A DNA stretch of 64,000 bases from the NCBI RefSeq assembly GCF_964204645.1, contig NC_134026.1:9075950-9139949 (forward strand). Reading direction: 5' to 3'. Made by a program: the position numbers and the translations under genes. Positions 50,401 through 63,452 of this stretch are shown here, in pieces; position 1 is the stretch's first letter, and every line of letters begins with the position of its first letter. The DNA is from Tubulanus polymorphus. Its lineage: Eukaryota; Animalia; Nemertea. The notes beneath the pieces were generated by a model. It worked only from the letters and a program-made list of their open reading frames with translations. It was not told where the DNA came from and made no database searches.

Positions 50401-53400
50401 AACCCCTGCCACAGTAGACCGGGTGCGCAGGTTTACCTAATGAAAATTTGCGGTGCCGATCAGATTGCTCGTTGTATATTCGCTGAGGCAAATTTCACGG
50501 AAGAACTATAAATGGGAAACTCGGGCTAAAATTGAACAGGATATCTGATTACCTAATAATGACATCGTCTAAGCTGCGCGTGCAGCTGCGCACTCGGTCT
50601 AGTGTGGCATGGTTTCATACCGTAGCAATCTCGATGCCATCAGGTTCGAATCCCAGCAGGGGAAGGATGATTAATGTGTAAATGGACTGTAAAATAATAT
50701 CCGATCCGATCCGAATTAATCGGGTTTGACTGTATTTTTAAAGAAACTGATTTGTCCTGAAAGTTAACATACAACTCACTGTGAAACTGGCGCCAGTTCC
50801 AAAGTACTTCCGAGGTTAGTTCTTCGTAAGTTCATTAGAAGTGAATGCAATAGATAACTGACATGAGTTATCATGGTACTCATTTGATTATCAACTCGGG
50901 GTGGCCACTCACCTGGAAATCAGGAAACTGGGGATTTTAATCAATATGTTTCCATCCATGTTTGACAAATTCGACTGTGTTAATGGATTGGATTCAGATC
51001 AAGTCGGGGTGAACAACTTACAAATCGGGGTCAGGGAAAAAGTGAATCGTTTAAAAAATGGCCACTCTGTAACTTGCACCGACTTAACAACTGACCTCGA
51101 GTATAGATCTAGCGTAAGACTAGATGAAGTTTGAATAACATGGTTCATACAGCCCCTAAAATTCCTAGAAGTTTCGCGAAAACTGACGTTAGAATTAATT
51201 CTACGTAATGATAGATTGTTTCTTCAATTGGTGATAATTTTGTCAGTATTTGGAATGTAAGTTCCTGTACAATCATCAGACCAATATGTGGACTGTCCAA
51301 CCAACGACATAAAACTCAGACAAAAAACAGGAACAAAAACATATATCGCGCGCAAACACATAGATTCCAATGGTATTTTGTCCTATGGGAACAGTGGAAA
51401 ACGGAGTTTTGACCCGTTCTGCTGCTATCAGCACTGATACACGGTGTTTCCTGACAATTTTGCTGATCGGTTGGATAAAGAACACGGCATATGAAAATAA
51501 ATCCAGTAGATCCCAGCGATATCAGCGACAGCTGCTAACGCTCCGAACGGAAAAATACAATGACTCAGTTGTCGAATAAACACTATAATCCGTGTATACT
51601 GTAGATAAATGAAGAAATCCCACACTTCGAATTAAATTATAGGATATAATTTGGGATCATTCATTTATTACGAACGCATAAAATTTGAAATTTTCAACCC
51701 CCCCTCCCCCTCTGTACGCAAAATCGGCCATTTTCTCATATACATTAAGCATTACAGTACGCAATTGCACTGACCCCCTCCCCTAATGCGTACGTAATAA
51801 ATGAATGACCCCTTTATTATTTTGAAACCACAACGTTTCGGCTGTTGACTAACAGCCGTCATCAGGTGGAATGACCAGAACAACAAGTAAACTCACAGGA
51901 TCTAAAATAGAAGCAGTGTGTCAAAACTAAAGATAAACAGACTAAGCATTAAAAACAAATGTGGTTTCAAAATAATAAATTATATCCTATAATTTAATTC
52001 GAAGTGTGGGATTTCTTCATTTATCTACAATGACTGTCATTTTAGAATACCAAAACGTATTCGTATTTTTTCTATGCATTTAATTTCCAACAAAAATGTT
52101 CGCCTAATGCATCAATATATCTCTCGACGATTGACTTAAGTTTTTGATAATGCTTTACATGCCAGTACATTCCTAACTTCTGTCTTTCAGTTTAAAAATG
52201 TGCAGCTTGGAGAAACATTCTCTAAGCCGCAATTACATGATCCGATGCGTCCCACCTTATAGAAATGACAACTTTCGTTCGAAGGCTAGAAATCAATAGA
52301 ATCGATAATGGACTAGTTCATTGTCCGATGGATCTCATGGTTTCAGTCAATGAGCATCATGATTTGTACATGATGGTAATGTTGATATTGCATCTTGTCT
52401 AGTCACATGTACAAAATGCAAATGAGTCAAGCCAATTTGTTCATTCTTTTACTTTTTCTTGTTGCTTTCGTCGAGATGATGACTTGAAGACTATAATAGA
52501 TGATAACGATGTGCTGATCGGTGTTTTGACATAAGTTTATTTGCAAATATGGTTGGTCGTAATCGACCTGAATTTAGCTTGTGGGTTTAGGATTGATCCT
52601 GAAAATTCTTTTCGCCTCGGCCCTGAAATTGTCATTCGTTAGGCAATATAGAAAGTAGTTTAGCTAGAATCTAAGAGAGATAAGACATCAGACCCTATTC
52701 TTGATATTTTGGATAACAGTTGAAATACAACAGCAAAAAATCGATTGTTTTTAGGACGACGGTATGCAGTACACGTCATCCTATTGTTATCGTGAAATCC
52801 GTCACGTCAAACGATTATGTCCGTTTAACGCCACGTATGCGTCTGAAACTTTCACAGTCGCTTAAATACGAAAAACAGAAGGTTGAGTTCGTATATGGTG
52901 AATTTTTGTTTCTTGGTTGATTAAATATTGCCGAAATAAAAAAATTAAAACTAAAGCAGCGCTGCCCCTGTCTAGAAGTCAACCCGTATTAGTCTGCGCT
53001 TATATTAGTACCGGGTACCACAAATACATTTTTGAAATAGCGCTTTACATAGGCCTGTTCTCTGATTTAGTTGTTCATTTCCGTTTATAGATATCGGGAA
53101 ACTTATTTTGTCGTTTATTGTTAGAAAGTTCGTTATTTTCTTGGTGTATATGTCAGCGGATTAATCGAATGTTTATGCACATCGGTGATATGGACTCGGC
53201 GAGCACACGTGCTACATCGATTCAATATTAGCTGCTATGTTGAATCAATACTCAGGGTTCACGCGCGCTCTAAAAGTCTAGCACATGCACAGTATAATTT
53301 TTACAGATCGTAGTACGTCGAGCAATGCTGAAAACTTTCACTGTCACTAAGTAAAATGATTAATCGACATTAATTCTTTTGGACATTGGCGCAGCGATCG

Positions 53401-55181
53401 GTTTTTAGAGCCCGATTATGTGTATTTAGTTTGCGGCACAGTGATGAGAGCGCACGTCGATAACATTAGTTACTGTCCCGTCGGCAAAATCGCCTTATTC
53501 ACCGTGTATGTATCAGTAATAGATAATGCGTATTACGGAGCGGATCGCGCGCGTAGGCTACAATCCACACGCTCGTTTTGTCAAAAAGGTCTTGAATTAG
53601 CAGAAGAAATATTATTCACGACTTTTACTATGAAAAATTATCCAATTATGAAACAATTAAAAACCTTTAAGTTGGTAAACTTAATTTCGAAAGTAAGTAG
53701 TTTTAACCTCAGAATTGTAATGAATGCTGGTAAATATTTATTATTTTCCACTTGGTCGATCGTTGGACTATTAGCTCCAGGCCCTAAGGGTACAGCTAGA
53801 AGTTGGCCTTTGGTTCAGTCTGTGAACAGTTTCGAAACAACCTGGTTCCTATGCTCGAAGAATTTTTGACACTGGAAATCCAGAGCAAATCAAAAGAGTA
53901 ACGACTTAACCAACAGCTTGGAATACCAAAATTGGACTGACTTTATTTTACACATAATAATCAATATAGGTACAGTTACAGAACAGGTCTAGACATGGAA
54001 AATGATATATAAACAAAGGTGATGAGTAGTGACATGACAATGAGGCAAACCATGATTAACACATTTATACAGACAAACCGTCTTTACATGATAAAGATAT
54101 AAGGAATATTTGAACTTTGCTATTAATGTATGTAAATGTTTAACTTCTTTTCTTATATGGCCTGATAAAAGGATATTGTGTACGCCAACTAATTGAATAT
54201 CAGTCATATACAATTATCTATATACTGAATTGTTTTCTACTGGCCACAAATTAAGAAAGTTTTCGGTAGAAAATAGCGTGGATAATCATAATTGACCCCA
54301 AAAATTCTGGTTTACATCTCATAAATAAAAACCTTTATAAAAATCCCTAAAATTCTGGAAAGATCAATCTGTAGGAACCCTGAATAAAAATAAAAATGCA
54401 CTGGAACAGGATATGATATACAGTAAGTGATGTATGTCAGTTAATTGATAGAAGTGCTACAGAAATGTTTGATGTTCCACTGGTATCAGTCATCAGCTGA
54501 AGAGTTCATCTGTTTGAATATTCATGGAACGAACAGAATCATAATACCCAGGGCCAAGTCGCGACTTAGGTCCGAAAGTGGTCTTAAATCTTAAAGACTG
54601 GTCCTAAGTTGTTAGAATTGCTATAGAACTAAGTTGGTAATATAAGACTTGTCTTGAATTTAAGCCATGACTATACAACTGGCCCAAGGTTTCTTTTCCA
54701 ACAAAAAAGATTATTCAAACACTTCAGCTCGGTTTTAATCTCTATTCTTCAATCGTTCCGTTGAGGGGTTTTGAGGTTTTTGTGAAACTGGCCCCTAATC
54801 CTAAAAGTCAGTGATATTGCAGCAGTTTTGAATTTTTAGAAATTTTCTTTTTTACAGAAATTTAAAATGGAGAATATGAAGCCTTCGGCGACGGATTCAT
54901 TTGCGCATCGGTTGCACCATCTACAGCACGGAGCCGAACATCATCACCCAGGTGCGGGTCAGTTGGGTGCTGGGCCGATGGGAACATTCAGTTACGCGGC
55001 AAAACTCGGACTCGCGATGCCAAATTTGGCACCGGACATCGCGCCGATGCCTGAGATGCCGACGATCAACGCCACGCCGGTTATTACGAATATAGAGGTT
55101 GGACCTCAAGAACCTAGGAAAAAGAAATATGCGAAAGAGGCGTGGCCCGGCAAAAAACCGATGCCGTCGTTATTAGTGTGA
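44405..55181 (+). CDS. PPP1R8: Nuclear inhibitor of protein phosphatase 1 (NIPP1), FHA domain. Exons approx. 44405-44445, 44587-44647, 46400-46553, 48318-48521, 49456-49593, 50039-50103, 54858-55181
   Basis: PSWAGKPPPGLHLDV; FGRN...DHASCSRVHAAL...DLGS.HGT (FHA); NLTEFNTAHNRRIS; EIINPEDIDPSVGKFRNL; C-terminal KKKYAKEAWPGKKP. Confidence 0.95.
44792..45117. mobile_element. Second copy of the 3480-3806 MITE
   Basis: Colinear similarity; GTGGTTAT direct repeat at 44783-44790 and 45118-45125. Confidence 0.75.
50343..50669. mobile_element. MITE with B-box-like motifs at both ends; inverted relative at ~55493-55810
   Basis: catcctcc...gggattcgaacctgatgg / ccatcaggttcgaatccc...gaaggatg. Confidence 0.7.
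51828..51869 (-). ncRNA. Minimal type I hammerhead ribozyme (Penelope-type) inside an inverted repeat (~51600-52030)
   Basis: Minus strand ccac-CTGATGA-c-ggctgtt-agtc-aacagcc-GAAA-cgTT-gtgg: intact core, 7-bp stem II, palindromic loopless stem III. Confidence 0.7.
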
Positions 55182-56299
55182 AGAGCTGCTTTCGATGTTC
55201 TGTGCATTTAAGTATGAATTTGTTCGCCAGTGCCACAAAGTTTTTTTTACGACTGACTTCTTGTGTAGAAATATTGAGTCACTGGGATGGCAGCTATTGG
55301 CATTGAGATCTGTCTTCTGAATCGTTTGAGTCGACCCTTTATTAGGGCAAAAAAGATTGTGTATGCCATTAAGAAATTTTCTACAGGTTTTAAGAAATGG
55401 ATGAAGTCCTATGAGGACTTCTAGGACTAGCACAATGGAAATTTATTGGAAATTCTAATGTTAGCTAATCCTAACCTGCTATATGTGTATGACATCCTCC
55501 TCCGGCTGGGATTCGAACCTGATGGCATCAAGAATGCCACAGTTCGACCACGCTACACTTGACCGAGTGCGCAGCTTAGATGATGTCACTATTAGACAGA
55601 TATCCCATTTTATTTTTAACCCGGGTTTTCCCATTTATAGTTCTTCCGTGAAATTTGCCTACGTGATTTAACAACGAGCAATCTGATTGGCGCCACAAGT
55701 TTTCGCGCGGCAAAGCTACTTGCGCACCCGGTTTACTGTTGCCGGGGCTTGTGTCGTGGCTGAGTGTAGCGATGCCATTGGGTTCAAATCCCAGCCATAG
55801 GGAGGTACATGCGTATGTTAACACCCGGTATATGTATGTATATTTAACAGTGTAATGTTGTGCCGCAGAGAGTATGTACCTTTTACTGGGTCTAATACAG
55901 TTTTAAACGGTGAAACATTTGACTTAATTTCTCTTTGTGTGGATTTCATTTCTTCCTGCTGCTTGAAGCCACTCCTTCATATGTCCACGAGAATAAAGCC
56001 GTGTTCAATGCTGATTTGGGATGAAATTGATCCAGAAAATTTATATCGGTACTTGAAATCAATGGTTATTTGACTGAATGCCTATAGCAGATTTTCATAC
56101 AGAAATATTCACGAATTTCACGTCCTAGTTAAAGATCAACAGCGAACCCCTATATACTGCCCACCCATTTACCACCACCCCCGCCTTCCGCCAGGTTTTC
56201 TCAATGTACATCTCGATACAAGTATATAGTAAAACCCCCGATATACCGCCATACTCTTTATACCACCAAAATGGTTCTGCACCGATATGGGCGGTGTAT

Positions 56300-56752
56300 C
56301 GGGGTTGACTGCATGTAGAAATTTGCTACATAGTTACAAGCATGTAATTTTATGAAGATGTCATAAAGAAAATCTCTGTGTTCCGGTGAGATTGGTGAAA
56401 ATGAAGCAATAGTGGTTGGAAGTGTAAATATTTCAAATGTGAGTGAAAGAGTTAAAAGCATTATTGTCGTGTGCTCCGATTTTATAGTTTTCTGAACAGA
56501 CGAAATCATTTTTGAACCTCTGAATAACTGAACTACAACAGAATTTGATGTTATTATCACAGCTAATGGTATAATGTTAACGTAAGCGTCAATTATGGAG
56601 AAAAACGTTAATTGGTCGGATAATTCATGGTAACAACCATAAACCTGATCGAGGAAATGTATCGCAAAAGTTGGTAGAAGATTTAAAACCAGTACATTCA
56701 CTGCAGTAATTATCAACGTAGCAAATCTAGCGTTACTAGCCGCTGTGTGCAT
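56300..56752 (-). pseudogene. Rhodopsin-like (peptide-receptor-type) GPCR fragment, TM4-TM7
   Basis: NIIPLAVIITSN (TM5), TTIMLLTLSLTFEIFTLP (TM6), CNYVANFY (TM7); no N-terminal half; paralogous to 63453-63728. Confidence 0.7.
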
Positions 56753-57268
56753 GACATGCCGCTTCAGATAACTAGCTAGCTGCGGGTAATTAATTACACA
56801 AAATTAGGAATTAGCGATTTTGCAGCGAAGTTCCGAGCAATGTTTCACAAAAATTATATGAAAAATATTCCCAATTGATGACTCACAATTAGGTAATACG
56901 CATAATAGTTTTTTTCAGCGGTGCGCGGCCCACAATATCAGTATACAATTTAGTATAATGTAACTATTATATAAACTTATGTGATAAATTTGTTGAACAT
57001 CCAACTTCAGGCTAGGATAAAATAAGGCTTTCACTTTGAAAAACATACCGCAGTTTATTATTGTCTCGCTGTCTCTCATGGCCAGATACTCAGGAGTGAA
57101 CCTCTGTCATCTGCCATCTTACCTGATACCAGTAAAACTCGAGGCTCCCTCTCCCCTGATAGCATTCTATATCACAGTATCTATGAATACGACGCTAAGA
57201 ATGTAATTAGTATTATGAGGTCATCATTAAGAACTGACCAATTATTATGATGAATCTCGAATGAAACA

Positions 57269-58540
57269 TTTTTAGCCCACTTGGGACTTTAGTCCCAGCG
57301 GGCTATTGCGTTCACTTTTCGTCCGTCGTTCGTCCGTCCGTCCGTAGACGGAATCCAGTTATTTTGGGAAGTTTTGAAGACGCTTCAAGGTAACATCTTG
57401 ATATTTGGGTTACACATGTATCTACCCTAGACACATCTTCAGCCCAAAAACTGGCCCTGTCAGAATCAAGATGGCCGACTGGCAGCCATTGTTGTTCACC
57501 AAAATCAGCACTTTTTACACATTTTTGAACTTTTTGAGGGAAATTTTGAAGACGCTTCGATCATTTACCTTGATCTTTCGGATATATGTGAATCCCTCCA
57601 GGGCCCATCAGCATAACAAAAATTGGGTCGATCGGACTCAAGATGGCCGTCCTATGACCTTTTTAGTGCCCAAAAATGTTATTTTGGCCCGAATTCTGAG
57701 TCCTGTAGCTTCCTACTGGTTTGCCATTTCTCATTGCAATTTGTGATGGGTATTCTTTGGAAAGGGATGTTTTATACCCGAGACAGGTATTTTTCATCAG
57801 GTTTTTTATGACGCAATTGGCGGCCATCTTGGTGTCACCAGTACTCATTCGTAAGTGGGAAAAAGTTTTTCCACATTATATTGATACCTAAGCATATTTT
57901 GCTACCACAATCCATTAGAAAGTTGTTGCTCATAACGTGTTCTATGATTGTGGTGAGTTTCAAGGTAATTGGATTTCGTATATGGCCACCAGGGGCGTTG
58001 AATAATACAATATTTTAGCATTTCTTTATTATATTCGTACCTATGCATATTATGTAACCACAATCAATTGGAAAGTTGTAGCTCATGACATCATCTATGA
58101 TTGTTGCGAGTTTTAAGGACATTAGTTTTTCTATATGGTCACCAGGGGGCGTAGAATAGTAGAATAACTTAGTATTTCCTTATTATATTGGTACCTAGGC
58201 ATATTTTGTAACCATGATCAATTGCAAAGTTGTAGTTCATGACATGTTCTATAATTGTGGTGAGTTTCGAGGTCATTGGGTTTTGAATATGGTCACCAGG
58301 GGGCGTTGAATAGTAGAATAACTTAGTATTTCCATATTATATTGGTAACGAGGCATATTTTCTTATCACAATCAATTACAAAACTGTAGCTGCTGACATG
58401 TTCTATGATTGTGGTGAGTTTCAAGGTCATTGGTTTTTGTATATGGTCACCAGGGGGTGTTGAATATTGAAATTGTTAGATTGTTGAGCATTTGGAACCA
58501 CTTCCCAAGTGTGCATGGTGTCCCTGGACCCCTAGTTATT
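57269..58540 (+). mobile_element. Helentron-associated (HINE/DINE-1-like) non-autonomous element
   Basis: Starts in a T-run, agccc...gggct palindrome, (GTCC)n microsatellite, internal ~160-bp tandem units, ends ...cccctagtt; partial copy at 9530-10042. Confidence 0.65.
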
Positions 58541-59249
58541 GATGAAAAATATTCATTCGAATAATTTCCATGGTCTAGTTGGGATATATCTCTAAACTAT
58601 TGATATGATCCAAGTGACCAGTGATCGGCCTTTCTCTCACTTAGGTGTGGTGACTGGTGTGGTGACCAGCCAGGTGTGGAGTGACTGGTGAAAACTATTC
58701 TGTTTGTTGACTGATGGGGGCTGCAGGCTGAATCACTCGGTATATCTGTATATCTAAGAACGATATTAAACTCAGTCGACAGGTTTTTTAACAGTCTAAT
58801 AATACACTCCAAACATGATATTAAATTTTGATACAAACCGTTCTTACTGTAACTGACCGATTAATCCCCATCAACCTGTGGAATAATAGTTCACTACAAA
58901 ATATTGAATAATAATAGTTACGTCGATGGAGACTTGCCAATTCACAGATGTCTCATCTGTGAAAAAGTAAAAAACTGTTTGACTGGATCATTTAAATCCA
59001 TAACATGTATATCGATGTTGCGTCGATGAGAGTTGTTAGACGATATTGTGTGAGGTAAGTGTTAATTATGATATTGGGATGAGAGTTAGTGAATGATATT
59101 CTGGTACCGTAAGTGTTAATAAATGATGTTGATGATATAAATACATCATCATGCGTTCTGTTAATCTGTATCCTTCTGAATCCTGTGTTAAAGGTAGGAT
59201 GTATAGCATCTCTATTATAAGTTTTACAAGATAGGTTCATACCTATGGT

Positions 59250-61140
59250 GTTAAGTGTAGTTAACCTGTTGGTTGTATAGTCAACCTGTTAGTGGTGTAA
59301 TTCACCTGTTAGTGGTGTAGTTAATCTGTTAGTTGTGTAGTTCACCTGTTAGTTGTGTAGTTAACATGTTAGTTGTGTAGTTAACCTGTTAGTTGTGTAG
59401 TCAACCTGTAAGTGGTGTAGTTAATCTGTTAGTTGTGTAGTTCACCTGTTAATTGTGTAATTCACCTGTTAGTTGTGTAGTTCACCTGTTAAATGATTAA
59501 TCAACCTGTTGGTTAAATAGTTCTGTTAGTTGTGTAGTTCACCTGTTAGTTGTGTAGTTCACCTGTTAGTTGTGTGATTCACCTGTTAGTTGTGTAATTC
59601 ACCTGTTAGTTGTGTAGTTCACCTGTTAGTTGTGTAATTCACCTGTAAGTTGTGTAGTTCACCTGTTAGTTGTGTAGTTCACCTGCACGTGTAAGTTGTG
59701 TAGTTCACCTGTTAGTTGTGTAGTTCACATGTTAGTGGTGTAGTTAACCTGTTAGTTGTGTAATTCACCTGTTAGTGGTGTAGTTAATCTGTTAGTTGTG
59801 TAGTTCACCTGTTAGTTGTGTAGTTAACCTGTTAGTTGTGTAGTTAACCTGTTAGTAGTGTAATTCACCTGTTAGTTGTGTAGTTCACCTGTTAAATGAT
59901 TAATCAACCTGTTGGTTAAATAGTTCTGTTAGTTGTGTAGTTCACCTGTTAGTTGTGTAGTTCACCTGTGAGTTGTATAATTCACCTGTTAAGTGTATAA
60001 TCAACCTGTTGGTTGTATAGTTCTGTTAGTTGTGTAGTTCACCTGTTAGTTGTATAATTCACCCGTTAAGTGTATAATCAACCTGTTGGTTGTATAGTTC
60101 TGTTAGTTGTGTCGTTAACCTGTTAGTTGTGTAATTCACCTGTTAGTTGTGTAGGTCACCTGTTAAATGATTAATCAACCTGTTGGTTAAATAGTTCTGT
60201 TAGTTGTGTAGTTCACCTGTTAGTTGTGTAGTTCACCTGTTAGTTGTGTAATTCACCTGTTAGATGGGTAGTTAACCTGTTAGTTGTGTAGTTCACCTGT
60301 TAGTTGTGTAATTCACCTGTAAGTTGTGTAGTTCACCTGTAAGTTGTGTAGTTCACCTGTTAGTTGTGTATTTCACCTGTTAGTTGTGTAGTTCACCTGT
60401 TAGTTGTGTAGTTCACCTGTTAGTTGTATAATTCATCTGTTAAGTGTATAATCAACCTGCTGGTTGTATAGTTCTGTTAGTCGTGTAGTTCACCTGTTAG
60501 TTGTATAATTCACCCGTTAAGTGTATAATCAACCTGTTGGTTGTATAGTTCTGTTAGTTGTGTCGTTAACCTGTTAGTTGTGTAATTCACCTGTTAGTTG
60601 TGTAGTTCACCTGTTAGTTGTGTAGTTCACCTGTTAGTTGTGTAATTCACCTGTTAGTTGTGTAGTTCACCTGTTAGTTGTGTAGTTCACCTGTTAGTTA
60701 TGTGATTCACCTGTTAGTTGTGTAGTTCACCTGTTAGTTGTGTAGTTCACCTGTTAGTTGTGTCGTTAACCTGTTAGTTGTGTAATTCACCTGTTAGTTG
60801 TGTAGTTCACCTGTTAGTTGAGTAGTTCACCTGTTAGTTGTGTAGTTTACCTGTTAGTTGTGTAGTTCACCTGTTAAGTGTATAATCAACCTGTTGGTTG
60901 TATAGTTCTGTTAGTTGCGTAGTGAATCTGTTAGTTTTATAGTACACCTGTTATTCATATAGTCAACCTGTTTGATGTATAGTTAACCTGTCAGTTGTAT
61001 TGTTAACCTGTTCGTTGTATAGTTAACCTGTTAGTTGTATAGTCAACCTGTTCGATGTATAGTTAACCTGCTAGTTGTATATTTAGCTTGTTAGTTGTAT
61101 AGTTAACCTGTTTTTTATAAAGTAACTGTTAGTTGTACAG
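59250..61140. repeat. 20-bp satellite (gttagttgtgtagttcacct)n, ~1.9 kb
   Basis: Clear 20-bp periodicity with recurring higher-order variants. Confidence 0.97.
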
Positions 61141-61189
61141 TCAGCCTGTGTGTAATGCATTATTCAGGTTTGAAGCTGCACCCGTCACG

Positions 61190-62716
61190 ATGAAGTTGAT
61201 GTTTAGTATGATGACTCTGTTGTTTGTAGCCCTGCAGCTCAGTACGGCAGCCGCAAACGCAGGTTAATTCATATCATTCAATATCAACGAGATTTCAGTT
61301 TTCATATATAGTTTCTATGAACTAACAAAATGCATTATTTATATTGATTTCAGGCTGGGAGTTGGTATTTCTTGCTGATAATGGAACTGGGGATAATGTC
61401 TATACTAAATGGGTAGACCCGCCGAGCAACCCGCCGCATGCAGATACATCATGTACATGCGCCTGGAGGCAAAGTGTACAGTGTACTAATTGCACATGGA
61501 AATGTAATAAAGTTGACGCTTGGTCAAACGTGAAAGAGGTGATAGGCCTACCGAAAAACTCATTGTTCGTTCATTTTCAAATTGTCTATTTTTTGCCCTG
61601 TATATATCATGTTTTTATTGAAATGTGGTTTCAGGTGAAAGTAGTTTATTATACGAATTGTAAAGAGGTTGCATTTATCACATTTAATGCTGCAAATACT
61701 AATAAAACGAACTGGTTCAACGTCACCAGGGTTACAAGCAGTTCCTGGACTTCCCTCAATTCGACTTCTTCCGTTTACCCGCAATTTGGTATAGCAGGAG
61801 AGTAAGTTATAGGGAATTACTCCTAACCCCAAACCAATGGATAACCCAGCTCCAACCCTAAACCCCGCTAGAATTAAAACCAGTTCACAATTAACTAGAT
61901 TCGATTCGTAATATTTGCTTCTGTTAACAGTCAATTTTATAGAGATCCCATATCTATAAAAAAAAATTGTACATAAATGAAATGCGGGACTAATGTCTAT
62001 TTCAACCTGACTTGAGAGCATTCCTGGTGGCCTAGCTCAGTCAGTTTTGGTAGTACATACCTGAAAAAAAGTCTTCACCAAGAACCTTAGTGTTTGATGT
62101 ACCACAGAGCCTTAGTGTCTGTGGTACATCAGACACTAAGGTTCTTGGTTACACAGGATCGTAGAGCAACGAAGATACACTGTGGAGACAGCCACACTGC
62201 CAGGACTGGGTGAAATTAGGACCAGAAAGCACTGGCAGCTGACCTAAAATATCGTATCAAGTCAGGTTGAAATAGACATTATTAGTAGATGGACCAGCAA
62301 GAGCAATACTAGCAGGGACTAGAGCTGGAAAACGGGATTAGCGTGTCGACTTACTCCTGAACTTTATATCTACAGCGTTGACAAAACAAGAAGATTCTTC
62401 GCACTTCAATCTTACCAAGTTTGTGGCCATGATAAAATATGGATGGGTGTGATTGATCCCGGTAACATAGGCCTACACCCGTGCAATTACGATCAGAGAC
62501 AGGGTTATCCGTATTTCCTCTATAACCCGACAGGCATTTCAAGCATCGTTAGTAAGTAAAATACACACTTTCTAAACAAAATTAATCATATTACAATCTA
62601 TTCTAATCATATTATAATTTGTTCTAATCATATTATAATTTATTCTAATCATATTATAATTTTCAGATGATGAAAAACTGTTGGTCGCCGATACATTTAC
62701 GATTTATATCAGATAA
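61190..62716 (+). CDS. Secreted protein of unknown function. Exons approx. 61190-61262, 61354-61538, 61635-61801, 62377-62550, 62667-62716
   Basis: Signal peptide MKLMFSMMTLLFVALQLSTAAANA; GWELVF...VKVVYY...FITFNA...NWF...SSW...RRFF...PYFLY...ADTFTIYIR*; in-phase GT-AG junctions. Confidence 0.75.
61991..62281. mobile_element. Small inverted-repeat element with an internal long hairpin (62077-62149)
   Basis: aatgtctatttcaacctgacttga / tcaagtcaggttgaaatagacatt; inner ~30-bp near-perfect stem. Confidence 0.6.
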
Positions 62717-63452
62717 AAAAAGAAAAGGAAAGGAAATTTTTTCCTGATGACGAATAAAAAGTTGATCATCCTTAATTTGTTTAGCGTAATATTCTGTATC
62801 TCACGCTTAAATTGAGTTTATCCGCTAGATGGCGCCACTTGAGTCGATTAGCCATTATCCAGACCTCGTTGATTAGTCTCTTGTGTTTCATTGAGTTGTT
62901 CAAATTGTGTCATCGAAATAATTTAACAATTGGTAATTATGAATGTATGGCCCGCGTGTGATTGAAACCCGGTTTCCATGGCAACAGAGCTCACCAACCC
63001 ATAGAACTGACCCCACGAGGGAGAAATTTGTTTACAGATTTGTGACGAAATGAAGATAATATATTCTGCATGTCTTAGCAGGCACTAGATATGATACATG
63101 TAACAACTTATTTTCAAAATATGATAGAAATCATAAGAATTTGACTAGAACCATGGGTAACCCTTATGTTTAAGTAAATATTTATCTTCTATAGATTTTC
63201 TTAAAAGTAAACAATGGTTTTTCTACTGAAAGAAGAATTTCTTGATTATCTCAAAACGTTTTGAAATGAGAGCCGGTCAAAAGATTTATCAATCCACATT
63301 TAGACATTGTCCATATATAAGAACCGTTGCTATGGCAACGAAGACAACAATTGCAAAGCTGGCACCAAAACTTTTCTGACTCCATAGAAACTAAAACACC
63401 AGCTCTAACAACAAGTGCGCCCTCGAACATAAAGAGACTGGACTAGAAACTG

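Noticed and set aside
53420-53869. 149-aa plus-strand ORF in the NIPP1 intron
   Set aside because: No recognisable motif; NIPP1 exons 6 and 7 join in phase without it
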